64,000 nt of DNA from Balanoglossus misakiensis (taxonomy: Eukaryota; Animalia; Hemichordata), in the NCBI GenBank assembly GCA_040954595.2, contig CM082589.2:2473498-2537497 (forward strand), read 5' to 3'. The translations under genes and the position numbers were made by a program. This document shows, in pieces, positions 13,401 to 27,434 of this stretch. A model generated the notes under the pieces. It saw only the letters and a program-made list of their open reading frames with translations. It ran no database searches and was not told the origin of the DNA. How positions within the stretch are numbered: the stretch's first letter is position 1; every line of letters begins with the position of its first letter.

Positions 13401-16400
13401 GTGGGGCAACCGGAATTTCCTCCAGAAGTCTGGCAGCTGTGAATTGAATAAGGAAATTGTCATTGTGATCCATGACGACTGCTTCAAGTGCAGGGACAAA
13501 TTTTCAGAAGTCAACTTTGTGGGGAGTCAGCTTGCAAATGATCTTCTGACTTAGTTCATACCTGCTTTCTTTCTCTTGGCAGGGGCTTTGGCAGCCTGGT
13601 TCAAAATCAAGTCTTCAAAGAAGGCTCTTCTCTCCTGGTCAGTTGGTGGCTCTAAGTGCACGACTTCTCCTCCGATAGGATTAAATAAATATTGTACCTG
13701 TCATAACAAAAATAGTCAATCATGCATGACCAAACTGCCCCTTTTGTAGCAATCAAGACTATTGAAAATTGAAGTCAAACCTGGACCTGGATTCATGTGT
13801 TGACTAAAAATGCCGATCAGAGGGGAAAAAAGTATTGGGAGAAATTACCTGAGAATCTAATTGTGAGACATGTGTTTCACTTGTTGCAAGTAGAAGTACT
13901 GGAGAAGACGGAGGTAGATCTTGGAGAAGCGTTAAGAAAGTTGCCCTGAGTGTCTCGTTCACAGCGCTCCACCACTGTCCAATGTGAGGCATGTAAATAA
14001 TGGACGGTGCAGTCCGTCTGGCTTCACGGAACACCTGCAATGGACATGTGGATGGTATAACCCTACTGATGTCAGCGGTGAGGTAGGACTTTTGCATTGG
14101 ATAGCAGGGGTGAAAGGTGTTCACCTGTTGTTTTCATAGCATTGATTTCCCTTGTGTTATACAGTCAACCAAACTTTCAAGGGATATGTTCTTGTATGTT
14201 CACTACATTCACAAAAGATGCTTATGTGACGTAAAAAATCCCAGTCACTCACCTGAGCACAAGATTCTTCCGGCGTTCGAACACTGACTGCATACAACGC
14301 TGGCAGGTCTAAACAATGTACTGGCAGCCTCTCTAAACCGTGCAGTATTGCTGGAGCCACGTGTGAACTCTGACCTAGCCCTGCCTCTCCAGCGATCAAC
14401 AAGCGAGGGCGGTGTGTTGTTGGCGACTGGAAAGCGGTGCTGTTGAAATGGAAGAGAGGAGTCAGACAAAGTCTCTCAAGAAATAACCATATATTATCTT
14501 AGAAGGTTAACATCCATCCATCAGTTTTTCCCCTCTCTCCCTCCCTCCGTCTGTCCCCCCCCCCCCCCCCCCCCCCTTCTCTTACTCACCTAGCAAAGCT
14601 GAGGAATGTTTGTGAATCTTCATCAGAGTTTAACTGAGGTAACAGACTTCTCCTTCTCGTTCGGCCTCGGCCGGTTGGATTTTCAAAAATGCAAAGTCCA
14701 TCGTCTTCTTCACTGATATCTTCGTTCAAAACATCAAGAATCATATCAGAGGAATCTACAATAAAGACACGAGTATCTCAGATTATATTAACTCTGGTAA
14801 ATAATGAAAATTATCATCTTTGATATAATACAAGCAATACAGGATATTGTACAAAATGATGGTTGCTGGTTTTGATATTTAAACCTTTCACCCCATTTCA
14901 CTCTACTGAGGTCCAACATTACAATAGAAAACAGTGGATTTGGAACAAACCACATTGATGAAAGGGTTAAATGTGTATATTCGGAACTGTAATGAAAGGA
15001 CAACAAAAGTTGCTCTACTCCAAAAGTAAATAGAAATGAAGGACATTTCAGATAGGTGAAAACAAACTTTTTAACTAATAATTTTTAGATTAGTTGAAAT
15101 TGAATTATCAAGAATTAGAGAAAAGATCATGGCTCAACATGTGGTAAAATTAACACAATGACAATACATAACAGTGTCATATTTTTTAAAATGACATGAA
15201 TAGTTGATTATTAGAGGGGTTAGATTAACACAACTTGACAAACATCAGAAGTAGACCAAATGAAAAACTGTTGAAACAGATCACAAAACTCACTTTCTGA
15301 AATACTTACATAAATTTGTAAGGAATAGGTCATAAATTGAAAAAAAATAGGGGCAAAAATAAACAAGATGAGTAATCAGTGTGGTTGGTTGCAGTGTGTG
15401 GTAATTTTTTCTTGAAGGTACTCAGAATTTCCGCAAATCAGAAATATTTTTGTAGAGTATGGATGAAAACTTTATAAACAACGATAACAGGGCTCAAAGC
15501 AGGAAGACACAACCAAGCAAAGCAATGCAAAACAAAATTGCCAAAAACAGGGCAGTACACCCAGCACAGCATTCAGGAATTCAAGCAAGCACACTGAACG
15601 TACCTTGCACATCATTTGAAGTGTCTTGGACCACAGCGGGAGGGAACACCTTCCGAAGCGACTCCGTGACCACGTTGAGCATATTCTGAAGGAGGGGTCG
15701 GATCACTGGAGTCAACGACCGACCAGGACAGGATGCTGACCGCTGCGAAGTTGGCACGAGGTTTTGTATGGCCTGGAAGAAATCTCTGGCGGACAGCTGA
15801 ATGGAACTGATGTCTAGTTGCAGTTTCTCCTTCGTTGTATAGATTTGTGGGTAGCGCCTTCTGAGGGCATGCAAGGCAGTTTCTGTACACAAAGCTTTGA
15901 TGTCAGCACCAACATATCCTGGAAAGGAAAACAATAAATATACACCATTTTTATTCACGGGTGATGGGTACACTGATACAAAGACAATCCTTCATAAGAA
16001 CGAGCTTGCCTGTTATACTCTGAAAATGCTCTGAGAGTTCAACTTACCCACACACTTTTCACTGACTTCTTTCAGGAAGTGATCGGATAGTTTAGGATTC
16101 CATTCTTTGGTGTGTATCTTGAGAATACTGAATCTGGCCTGTGTAAACAAACAACAATGGACAAGATTTACCATAACGAGTCTTTACCAAGGAAACGAAA
16201 TTCAGTTGGCGTTACAAGTATCCAAACTTTCTCACCTCTGCAGAGGGTAACGGAAATAAGAACTCTCTGTCAAATCTTCCTGGCCTCCTCAGTGCAGGAT
16301 CTATGGAGTCTATTCTATTCGTGGCACCAATAACAATGATTTCGCCTCGGTTGTCCAAACCATCCATCAGAGCAAGGAGCGTAGATACAATGGAACTGTG

Positions 16401-19400
16401 GATCTGATCCTGTCGACTGGACCTCACAGGTGCAAGGCCGTCAATCTCGTCAAAGAAGATGATGGATGGTCGCATTGTGTATGCCTGAAAATGAATTTAA
16501 AAAAAAAAAAAATCTCTTGCTCACACTTTGCAATATCACCATAAATCATCAAAGATTGACACTACGAAATAAAAAGTAAAAGCATTTGACCAATACATAC
16601 CTGATCAAACAGTAACCTCAGCTGTCTCTCTGACTCGCCCACCCATTTGCTGAGACAATCAGCACCCTTCCTCATGAAGAACGACACCCTACGATCCTCG
16701 TGGCTGCACTCATTGGCCAGAGCTCTCGCAACCAGGGTCTTCCCAGTTCCTGGCGGGCCGTGGAACAGGACACCTCGCGGAGGGGTGATCTTGAAGCGCT
16801 CGAAGACCTCCGGGTATAGCAAAGGGAACACCACCATCTCTTTCAGCGCCTGGATGTGTCGGCCAAGTCCACCAACACTCTCAAATGTCACCTGGTAAAC
16901 ACAAAACATTACATTAATTCACCAACATGGTTCAGTCCAAACCCATTGTTTTCTATATTTTAACAATGTATGATGCAGTGAAAATGTACTAACCGATCTA
17001 TCGATGACCATAGGGTCAACATCAGCTAGACTTGTACCGATCTTCGCACGGTCTTTCATAATTCCGGACTGTGCAAGGTCTTCTGGTAGCAGATTCATTG
17101 GAAGACATCTGTTTGAGTTGCAAAAGGGGTAAGAAAACACACAGAAAGTTAGTGGCAAGGGAGGTACAATCATGACTGAAACTCCGCCACAACACACAAT
17201 GAATGAAATGACAAGGATATAACACATACCTTAACCTTGCTCTTGCCATGCTTTTTGATTTTCTGCGTTCAAACCTTCTTTCATCATCGGAGTCGGAAGA
17301 ACTTGTCGAGGAACTGTTGTGCGTGGCGTGGCGCCGCCTAGTGTAAAATCCAAACAAAGTAATCGATCAAACTTTGGCACATTTTGATTGATCTGTGTAT
17401 TTGTAAAATAAAAGTTTTTTCCTGTTTTCCAATAGTGTTGAAACCAGCAGAAATCGGTCTACTGTGCTTGTGGTACTTCAGGGCTAATGGGTACATGCCT
17501 TTTTAATCCCGGACTTCGCAGTGGTGTCACTGGACCTGTGTAATGCTTCCGGAGTTTTCTTGAAGGAGAGTCGAACAAACCATGGTTTTTCTTTGGTCTT
17601 CGCCGAACTGGAAAACATAATTGTAAGATTAATTTTAGTGTTAGGATGATGTAATATGATAGAAAAAAAATTGCATTGATAACACACAAATGCATTAAAA
17701 AGTTAACTGAGTAATGGAGGCGTTTTTGATCACCTTCTTGTTGAATAGCAAATCTTTGTGGAGCCCTTTTCTTCTCACGAAGGAAGTATTTCTGCCTCGG
17801 TCTGGATTCTTCTTCTTCATCTTCATCTGAACTGCTCTCTGGATGGGAAACATAGACAGTGGTGATTTCTGTATCAGGCCTGGTTTTCATTGAACTCTGG
17901 GTTGGGTATCTTATACTGTTAGTGGTTATACATTCTTACATAGAGTGTCTGACAGACAATGTAGGGAAATTAACGATTAAAAATTTATGAAACAAGGTAA
18001 GTATGCATACCTTCACTGTCATCGTCTGAATCGTCTGAATCATCAGAGTCCTCTTCCGATGATCCATCTTGTTGTTTTGAAGAGTTTTCTGAGACAGGTA
18101 CGCCATACACGTTGCGTTTCTTTGGGGGCGGTCTGGGACGTTTCACCCTTGTGTACATGTCCAGTGCTTTGAACTCCTGAAATAGAGGGGGAAAGGGTCA
18201 ATGTCTTCAATTTGTCTTGGCAGACAGTCAAAAATTCACTCAATAGTTTAATGCTAAGATTTTCAAGCAGTATACTGAGGTCAACATGCACTCGGTATGA
18301 ATCTGAATCTGACCTCTTCCTCCTGTTGTCTCCTCACCCTTTCTTCTTCATCTGTTTCAGATTCAGCATCAGAGCCGGATTCCTTATCCTCACTTTCATC
18401 TTTTACAGGCTTTCTGTTACTGGATGTTCTGTCAGGAGCTAATATGTGTACGTCCACTGCCCTTGACAATGACATCTCCCCTGTGATGAAAAAAATATAT
18501 TGAAAAGGAAATCAGACAAACAATTTTGTTAGCTTTATCACTGAACCTCAGGCTGGGCTTGTAATCTTTTATTGCTGGCCTGGAGTTAATGGATCTGAGA
18601 AGGATTCAGGGTTCTCCACGGGGGGTTTTTGAGGGGCGGCCCGCCCCTCTGTTTTTTGCGGCCGCCCCTCTGTCGTATGTGCCGCCCCTGCTTTTGACAA
18701 CACCGCCCCTTTGTTTTACCCGGTAGAAAACAAAGCTCGCGCGTTGTGGTTTATAGTGTTACTAGTGTCTTTTGGGGGTGGACGTGAACAAAATGGTCAT
18801 TCACACTTTGTCATGCACCATAGTGACACTTAGCATGGCAAATGGAAACCGTTTCACACATTCGGATCAATTTCAAAGTACCGGCCCAGAGAAAAACGAT
18901 GGTGTTATCGACATGACCTAATTACGTGACCTTTGACAGTATGCGTCCTTCCTTCACTTTGTAACCCGGAAGACAGCAAATTTTTCACTGGACATTTTCA
19001 TGACAGCGACTTCAACAATGATTACGATTTTTGGGGGTTTCATTGACTACAATTTTATACCGATCAAGGCCATTAGTAATCCCGACCGTGACAACGACTT
19101 TGGAGCCGATGTCGAGAGCGGGTGGTCGCGCGCGCGATCGGGGACCCAGCCAACTGCATTGAGCTGTGGACGCGATGTACGCACACGGTCGCGGTCAGTC
19201 GAACGCGCGCGACCGTGTTTTCGACAGTGTGTCTACATACTTATATTTATACCTTTGTATCTTAAAATGTCACTCCTTTGACTTTTGTTTGAAATTCTGT
19301 GAAGTTAGAGCAAAATATTTTGGGACATCGAGATTTCGTTGTTACTTGCAAAAAGTCCTGGGCTGGGGGGTCGTGTACCTTAGAATTTTAAAGCACTGGC

Positions 19401-20600
19401 GTATGGTCACTCTGGTGCATTCCACAAATACAAAGAAACATTATGTTAATTTTATGCAAATGATATGCTAATATTATGTAAATTATCCGCCCCTCTTAAT
19501 TTTCAAAGCGTGGAGAACCCTGGGATTTGTTCACCCCTCAGCAAGTAAGATGACAAGATGAATAAAATATGTTGGCTGTGAAATACTTACCAAGCAGGCT
19601 GGCATTGTAAGTGCCATAGATCATTTTCCTGTTCCGCCTGCTACTCCGTCTGGGTTCAACATCGCCATTCATTAAAGAATGACTAGGCTCTGCTTTATTT
19701 CGTGATCTGGAACTACTCTCTTCTAACTCCTGCAAGACCAAACAATGATAAGCTTTGTATTCCCCCAAGAACACGATGGCTACTGAGACACTAAAAAACT
19801 TTCATTTATGTATTCATGTGTGACTGCATGACATTAAACTTAACAAATTGTGGGGTTCTGTAATAAATAAAATGCCACTATTTCATGGGTTTTTAAAACA
19901 ATATCACCTCAAATTAATATTTACATAAAAACTGAGAATATAACAGAACAGACAGGAAGCACTGTCAGCTGTCTTGTTTCAAGGTCACCTCAGAAAAAAA
20001 TTCTGAAGGTCGCTTTGTTGACACTCGAGATGTCATGTTACGACGCACACTACAAGTAATGAATTGCAGCATTTTTCTTGTTGCTAAATAAGGTTCTTTT
20101 TGCATTTCTGTTGGAGAAATCAGAGCAAAGCACATATTTCCTATAGTTCTTCTGCTACCCGGGGAGTCTGCATATTTCTCCTTGTCTATAAAATGGCGCC
20201 CTCTCTCCGTCTGTCATCATGCAAATCATGTTTAGCTATCATCAGCATCTCATCCCCGTTTAGTTCCGTACAATTCAGAACAACACTTTGAGTGGTTTCT
20301 GTTTTTGCATTTCACAAACGAAATGAAGCCGGTTACGCTTAGCAGCTCCGGTGAAACCAGCTTGATCGAAAAATTCTCTTGCGGGACGGTAAACTTCGGG
20401 GATCCACTTCCGCAAACATTGGGCACTCGGCACCGCGCGATCAAAGAACAATAACACAGACGGGTTTGTTGCAATGGAAGTTTACTTACCCGAATATCAT
20501 CCTTAAAATCGTCACTTCTACGGGTCCGCCGTGGCCTGAGTGAAAGGAACTCCGGAGAGTCTGCCGGGTCGGCACCTCCGCTGTGTCGCGTTTTCACCAT
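10488..20600 (-). CDS. ATAD2: ATPase family AAA domain-containing protein 2 / 2B (Yta7 family AAA+ bromodomain histone chaperone), multi-exon
   Basis: First exon 20600-20490 MVKTRHSGG...; acidic N-terminal exons; Walker A GPPGTGKT (~16740), FFMRKGADCLSKWVGESERQLRLLFDQ, Walker B IIFFDE and ATNRIDSIDPALRRPGRFDRE (~16240-16485); degenerate second AAA (~13850-14430); bromodomain IFTRPVDLEE|VQDYLEVIKTPMD...NALEYNPD (~12980-13440); C-terminal SQCVYRHRRDYDKT (~10800-10925); last exon 10526-10488 EMFAKVRAFSML*. Confidence 0.95.
18607..19522. mobile_element. Non-autonomous DNA transposon (hAT-like, 916 bp) in an ATAD2 intron
   Basis: 14-bp perfect TIRs CAGGGTTCTCCACG (18607-18620) and CGTGGAGAACCCTG (19509-19522); GGATT directly flanks both ends (5-bp TSD); repeated subterminal CCGCCCCT motifs. 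Confidence 0.85.
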
Positions 20601-20885
20601 TTTCAGTTCACCAACTTAGAATACCTACATATGCCACCATATTGGATGGTGAACATACCAATGGTTCTGGGCATAGTATCAGTTCGCGGAAAAGTAGTTC
20701 ATTATACATCATGATATTGTCGCTTGAAGTAAGCATATCAAGATAAAATATGTATTTTCAAATATAGCGAGCATATCTGACCATTGGTATGCATTAGAAA
20801 GGACAACTGTGCCATGAAATATACATATAATTTTGTGATAGCGGATGAATAAACATTAATGTGTTGTCACACGGTTCAAACTTAG

Positions 20886-20896
20886 TTGGCGCGAAA
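20886..20896 (-). promoter_or_regulatory. Canonical E2F site (TTTCGCGCCAA) in the ATAD2/TMEM244 divergent promoter region
   Basis: TTGGCGCGAAA on +, about 290 bp upstream of the ATAD2 ATG; a second near-match TTCGCGGAAAA at ~20683-20693; ATAD2 is a known E2F target in mammals. Confidence 0.55.
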
Positions 20897-21396
20897 TATG
20901 CACTGAAATGTACATAATTCCTTCAAAAAGATGTGGAAATGTAATTCAGAAAAGAAGTAAAGTAATACAGTGCGGTATATTTAAAAGCATGTTTTGTGTT
21001 GTCGGTTTATTTTCCATTTAGAAGATGTGAATCTGTTTGTTTCCACAAATACCGGTGTTGAAATGAACAATGCATGAGTGTATATTTCGAAAACCTTCAG
21101 TGAACTTTGACCCCCAGCCTCGTGCTAAGTGAAACATGCGTAAACTAATTTCGGGCGAGGTAAAGAATATCTGGACCTTCAGGCGTAACTTTGGTTATTC
21201 TTACTATGATATACAGTAATGCAATAAAAAATGAGATCCATGTCTTATTCATATTTAGAACATTTTCCACACGAAAATTGTCCACAGTTTTCATCCTTGG
21301 ACGCGGTGCCATGCCATAAGTCAGCTCGTAAGTCTACGAACAGGCGGTTGTCACTGTCTTTGTTGCCGAGAGGTACGATCAACATGCTGGCCGAAA

Positions 21397-22492
21397 ATGA
21401 CAATCTCCACCGGTGTAAGTATAATTCAAGGGTACATATGTGATTTATTATGATGTCAGAATCGAAAATTTTAAAATCGCCCTTACGTTTGTTTGTATTT
21501 CAGAAAATTTTTCTCAATATCCTGGTGTGTTTATTTGCGTTCTATGCTGTGTTCTACATCTGTGCGACCGTTGTGTTTGGTGCGTTCAAGTAAGTACTGT
21601 GTTTACCTTGGTTTTTAGATTATTTGAGTGGAATGACAAGAATCAACATGATTGAAATCCAATGTTGAGATCTGATGGGGTGAATCTTTTCACGTGAATG
21701 ATCAATCGTACTGTGGTCTGTGTACTTCCGCAGTCCTAATGAAATCTACATTTATACACATGTATCTTTCATTTTCCCCAGATTAAAATCATTTGACGGT
21801 ACTATTCCGTTCCACTATAAAAGTTTCGATGAAAAATTTTACCAGCTTGTACCGTTTAATCAGGCAGTGTGGACAAGTCAGCCTTTCTTGAGTAAGTACA
21901 TGTACATTGTAAACAAATCAGTGTCTGTCATTGCTCTTTGGTCGTATAGTCCCATATCGTATAGCCTGGTGAAAACTTCCTAGGAGAAGAGTTATGTCTT
22001 TGATCATCACTTTATCCACAAGAGACAGGCATTGTTGACATATTGACTGAAATATACTTGTATGTATGTTTCTTCTTCTTGTAGGTGACTTTGTAGCACT
22101 CGAGGCCACATACATCTTCACAACATGGATTTATTTGATATACCTAGATAGTTGGTTATGGGACTATGCTGTTACTGTGACAGTTATACATTGTGCAATA
22201 GTGTGTGCAGGTAGGTTTCTCACAAAATACAGTGTCTTGGAATTTCCTATGGAAAGTGCAGGTTATTCTTTTTCGGTGACAAATGTAATGTGCCTTACTT
22301 AAGTATGCTAATTTCTGTCTTTCAGTGAACTTGACTTTCCCTTTGGTGTGGGAATGGTGGGTTTGTGTCCTGATCGGACTGACCATCATGATTGTCCTGG
22401 GAGAGTCCATTAACGCCTGCTGTAGATGCAGAAAGAATAGAAAAACAGGAGAATTCTCACCCAATAAAGACGCCAAGTCAAAGCCAACATGA
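21397..22492 (+). CDS. TMEM244: TMEM244-like small multi-pass membrane protein (~168 aa, 5 exons)
   Basis: Exons 21397-21414, 21504-21589, 21782-21891, 22085-22210, 22326-22492 join in frame with GT-AG: MTISTGKIFLNILVCLFAFYAVFYICATVVFGAF...EATYIFTT...WLWDYAVTVTVIHCAIVCAVNLTFPLVWEWW; the WDYA-x-T-x-x-H and FPLxxxWW motifs resemble TMEM244; AATAAA at ~23127. Confidence 0.8.
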
Positions 22493-24680
22493 TGGCAGAC
22501 CAAATCCTACGAGACAACTGTCAGATTTAGAGAGTCTGCAAATCAATCAGCACCATCTTTGCATTCACTCTTTACAGAAATTTTATTTTTTTAATGAAAA
22601 AAATATAATAATATATGGCAGTATGCTGATGATTTGTGGAATCAAAGTGTAATCAGATTTGAGCGCATTGGGAAGCAATTTTAATACTAGATTTTTGTAC
22701 TGTCATTTGTCTATAATTACGTAGTCTACTTCCATATTTGTTACACGTGCATCACTTTTAGACCACATTAAATGAATTTCGATTAGCTGAGAAAAATAGC
22801 TTTCATATTATTCTCCATATATGTAACTCAATATAATTGAAAATGAAGGTATAAATATTATTGAGTACATCAAATCCTATAGTGGTATTATTAGTGAACA
22901 CATTGCTATTTTAAGTATAAATTTTACAACTTCTGTATCATATTGTATAGTAATTGTATTCCTTTGTAATTTAGTATTTTTATTCGCAAACTTTTAACTT
23001 ATTTATATATCTTTTTCATCTTGGGGCTGCATATGTAAAGTGCCATAACAGGGTTGTAAGTACATGAATCAGTACAAATATCTGCTGTAATTCTGGACTT
23101 CATAATTAATTATGATCTCTTGTCAGAATAAAAAATAATAGAACATTTCTATTTTGGCATCATTTTAAATATTTGTCAGAGAATAATTTGACCCCTCAGT
23201 TCGTGTGATATTTCCGTGTCCGTCGAGAGAGGGCGCACTCACGCATGCAGTTGTGTGACCTTGTCCATGACATTACAGACAATGTTTGGGAGGGAGGGGG
23301 GTGTAGTCTCTTTACACGTGTTCCTCTGTAATCGACTTGCACTTTTATGGTAGACTCAAGTCCACAGTGCAGTCGTTTTAAATTTAGTGCATCCTAAAGT
23401 CACTAAACGAGGTATATTCAAAGTATCAATGATGAAACTGAAATAAACCAGCTGTACTTGTAGTAGTGCCACGCTTGCACAGCTGCTGTGGGATGAAAAC
23501 GTTTACATATTTCGCTTATCGGGACATTTCCTATTTTAGCAGTTAATAAATAACCGACTTATACTGTGTTTATTTCAAAGCGTCACCTTTGATTTGAGCT
23601 GAGCATATAATTTAAACTTACACCAGGTCTTGGTGACTGTAAAGACTCAAAGGCCAAAAGGGTGGGCAGTTTCATACTTCAGAACAAAATCCAACTTTCT
23701 ACAAAGAAGGAACTTCTTTCAGACTTCGCTATGATAATCTGCCACGACCAACAACAAAGCCGTCATCTTAATAAACAAACAATGAAGATGACGACGACGA
23801 CAAAATTAACACGAACAAAAAATCAATAAAGTTGTAAAAAACCAAACCTGATTTACATATATCATTTGCATATACACGTGCCAGCAATGATACCAATTTA
23901 TGCTCCGATAATTATGACATGGCCTAGCTGCACAACATTAAAATGCATATTTTTGATCTGTTGTCTGCTTTAGTCAATAATATGTGTGTGAATGGGTCTG
24001 ACGCGCATACTAGTCTATAATATGGACGCAAATGTTCTCGCCAGCTGTGGCGCATGGATTATGACGCTCAGGCCGCATCCATTATTTTCCGTTGATCGAT
24101 GCAAAAAAAAAAACGAGAGGTCGTTTCTCTGCATTATGACATGGTTCTCTGGACTCAAGTCTAAGTGTCTTGTTCTCAGTATATCCTAACCAGCCGACGA
24201 AAGACAATTTTGGATGAACGGGGTGACGTCTGACACGTTCAAGCAGACTGATTCGCGTCGTGATATTCCCCGACATTCGACTGTTTCCGATATTGCTTTA
24301 GCCGGCTGCAGGGAACGGTCAGGTGAGGTCGGGTATTTAATTTTCTTGTCAGCAGACGCCAGCTAAGACAGGCACAGACATCAATGGACTCGTCTTGGCC
24401 ACATTCAGGTTGACTAACTACTTCTGTTGGCTTATTCGACGATGTCATTCTGTGCAAAACGACTGCCGAGAACGCCGTGTTGGATATGACCGTAGCCACG
24501 TCAAATCTGACAGCTGCCGTGTCATTCAGTTAAGTAATGGTGGTCGCTCACAAACAAACCTGTGTATATTGATGATATGCTACAGCCAAACTTAGTCGAG
24601 ATACCAAACGAGCAACAGAATCATTAGGTTGAGAAGTTTCATTTTTTGCTTAAAGTCTGTCCTTTCCATTGGATACCACG

Positions 24681-26521
24681 ATGAGGTCAACTCGAAGGCC
24701 GAACTGGATGTCAAGGAGAATGGTGCTGCGCGCACCAATAGTTGTTCAGCTTCCAAGAATAAGAAAGAGTTCGTTTTGTTTCCTTTTTGGTGGACTTATC
24801 ACGTGGACTGCTCTGACATACTTGTGCCTTTCCAAAATTTTGCCATCCGTGCCAACGATGTTTTCGGACGAAAAGGGGACTCATTTGCATGGACGATCAG
24901 CTGGGATTTCATCCAATCCATCAAACGACATTCCAATCGACATGTTCGCTCCTCTCAACATGGTGAACAATGAACCACCAAAAGAGATGAAAGCGAGCAA
25001 TAAATATCTCTTTCCCATTCTCCTTGGAAACCAAGGTCTGAACAACCAACTTATCGGATTCAAGATGTCAGTCGTTGTCGCCATGTACACCAACAGGACT
25101 TTGGTTTTAGCACCCTTTTTCGACAAGCAGAGACAGGCACTGCGCGTGCGTGACATCAGTGAAGTCATGGACCTTGAACATTTGAAGGAACTCCTACCGA
25201 CAATTTCGATGACGGAGTTCAAGAAACAGTGCGAGGGGAAAATTGAAACCCTCTTCAGCGGAATAAACATGTCAAATGCATTGAAGACAGAACAGTACAA
25301 CGAATATCTGAGATCCGTGAACGCCAAAGTTAGACTCAGCAAAAACTTGACTGGCATCGAAGTTCGGGACTTTGAGAAGGAGCCCGGAATCCTGGTGGAA
25401 TTGCCTGGCAATCTACCGGACGGGCAGCATTCGTTGAAGACATTCCGTGCGAAGGGATTGTTCGAGTCCGAGTCCAAGTGCGCGGGAGTCGTCTACCCCT
25501 ACGGGTTAATGGTACGGTTCTACTACTACGACTATGTGCCTGTATTTGCGCAGTATCTGAGACGTCCCCCAGAAATCAGACAGATGGCCGACTCCTTCAT
25601 ATGGGAGGTTATCAATTCCAGGAATTTTCTAGGAATCCACTGGCGTTTCGATGACGCCTGGAAACTTACATGGTAAGAATTCAGCAAAAAATCGTGAGCT
25701 CCACATCAACAGATAACCATAAATCAATATCAAGAATCTATACACACTACGGTTTTCACTTATGATCTCTTTCTTTAAACTGCAGGTGTAAAAACGGCGT
25801 TCTTGACCAAAAGGTCCAACAGAATTGTAATATACTATTGACGTCCGACGAGAAGTCAATGGTTGCTCGCATTGTAGATATCATGAAAGAACACTCTATA
25901 TCGTCAGCTTATCTGTCCAGCCCACCAACCTCACAGGTAAATCAGTTCCCGGATGTTTTACTGGTTCTGAGTAACACGAGTTGAACTCCTGGTGTGCACA
26001 TGTACTTGGCAGCACTCAGAAGATGATTATGAAATGAATCATTGAAAATGATAATAAATCGCATTTGTAAGATCAAAAGGAGCACGTTTTTGACCTTGAT
26101 AGCATTTTCTTTTTCTACAGGACAAATTTATAATCGAGCTAAAGAAAGAAGTTCCCAACGTATACAATCGCTATGACCTGTTAGGCATATCTATATTGGG
26201 CCTTGATTTCGACCTGGATGATAATTTCCGTCTGTCCCTCCTAGAACAGGAGATTTGCTCAAGTAAGCGTGGCATTTGGTGGTTTTTGCATTTTTGGGGA
26301 CCAGTTGACTATTTTGATTGGTGAATTTTATAAATGAGGAACAACAAGGGTTAAGAGTATAGATGGGGCTTTGACAATTAACTTGCTCGCCTCTTTATTT
26401 TGCAGAATCGGCGCTCTTCATTGGAAGCAGGATGTCTGCATGGACGGACATAGTCGCGGAGGACAGAAACTACAAAAACAGACTATACATGCCAGATATC
26501 TTTAAAGCCAGCAGCAGATAA
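24681..26521 (+). CDS. O-fucosyltransferase-family (POFUT1/2-like GT-B fold) glycosyltransferase, paralog 1, type II membrane protein
   Basis: Exons 24681-25672, 25786-25936, 26121-26262, 26406-26521 in frame; N-terminal TM (FCFLFGGLITWTALTYLCL); motifs GNQGLNNQ, RTLVLAPF, GIHWR, LLEQEICSKSALFIGSRMSAWT..V..DR; start codon (24681 or 24708) uncertain. Confidence 0.8.
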
Positions 26522-27434
26522 ATATTTTCCTCGATCCCCGTGCACATTGTACAGTTGCCGTCCCTTGACCCAAAAGTTGCTGAAGCTTTAAAATCATGCT
26601 AAGGAACAGAAAATAAAACATTTCTGCCATATATACTTCTACTGATTGGCTGTCTTTCACATTGCTGTTTATTCACTCGTCCACTGGGAGATCTTGTAAG
26701 TGAGGGCGTCCATCGTATTTTTTTGCAAGTTATATTCCAGACATCATAAATGCACCGAGGAAATAGTGTCATTTCCCTGGATTTTGGTCTATTTATACCT
26801 CATGGTCCCATCACTGCTGATAAATGTATTTTATGAGATACGGTCATTAAATACATCTGCTTGTGCTATTTACACACAACACTATTCTCAAAGCCCCTCC
26901 CCGAACAAAATTACCACACGGGTATACCTCGAATGCCTTGCCTTCACGTAAGCCAAGGGAAGCCTTCACTTAGCGATATCTATATGTCAGTCCTTTTCAG
27001 TCTTTGGAATTTAATTCTGACGCAAGTGTCAAGCCGACAATGAAATGCGAACGTCAGAGCGACCGCACGCAGACATATGAACTCACTTTTCTGTTTACGA
27101 AATTTTCGACTTGCTGTAATACTTTGGCGACCCAGAGTTCGCCTTACATGTTGGCCATCCTTATTTTCAGTGAATAAATACAAATGCCTAATTGTGAGAC
27201 ACTGGGTCGTTGGTTTCCTCACATTTTGTCAATATACAAAAATCTATTTCAACCATGCATGGCAAACATATAAAAATTATCGTGTATCCACGTTTCCGTG
27301 TGCGCTCTCGTCAATAGCAGCTGGCGATAAGCCGGGATTAAAACTGCTTGTCTAATGGCAATATTTCCTGTGGCTGGTGTACACTGCACCATATTGCGCT
27401 TTTCCTCTGTCCGCGCTATCGCTACGACTGGAGC

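Noticed and set aside
14555-14576. Poly-C run (and poly-G at ~51649-51665) as functional G-quadruplexes
   Set aside because: Simple intronic or upstream homopolymers; the poly-G is shorter and interrupted in the duplicate copy
23200-24620. Short ORFs between TMEM244 and the first fucosyltransferase
   Set aside because: No recognisable protein motifs or consistent exon chain; likely promoter and 5' UTR sequence
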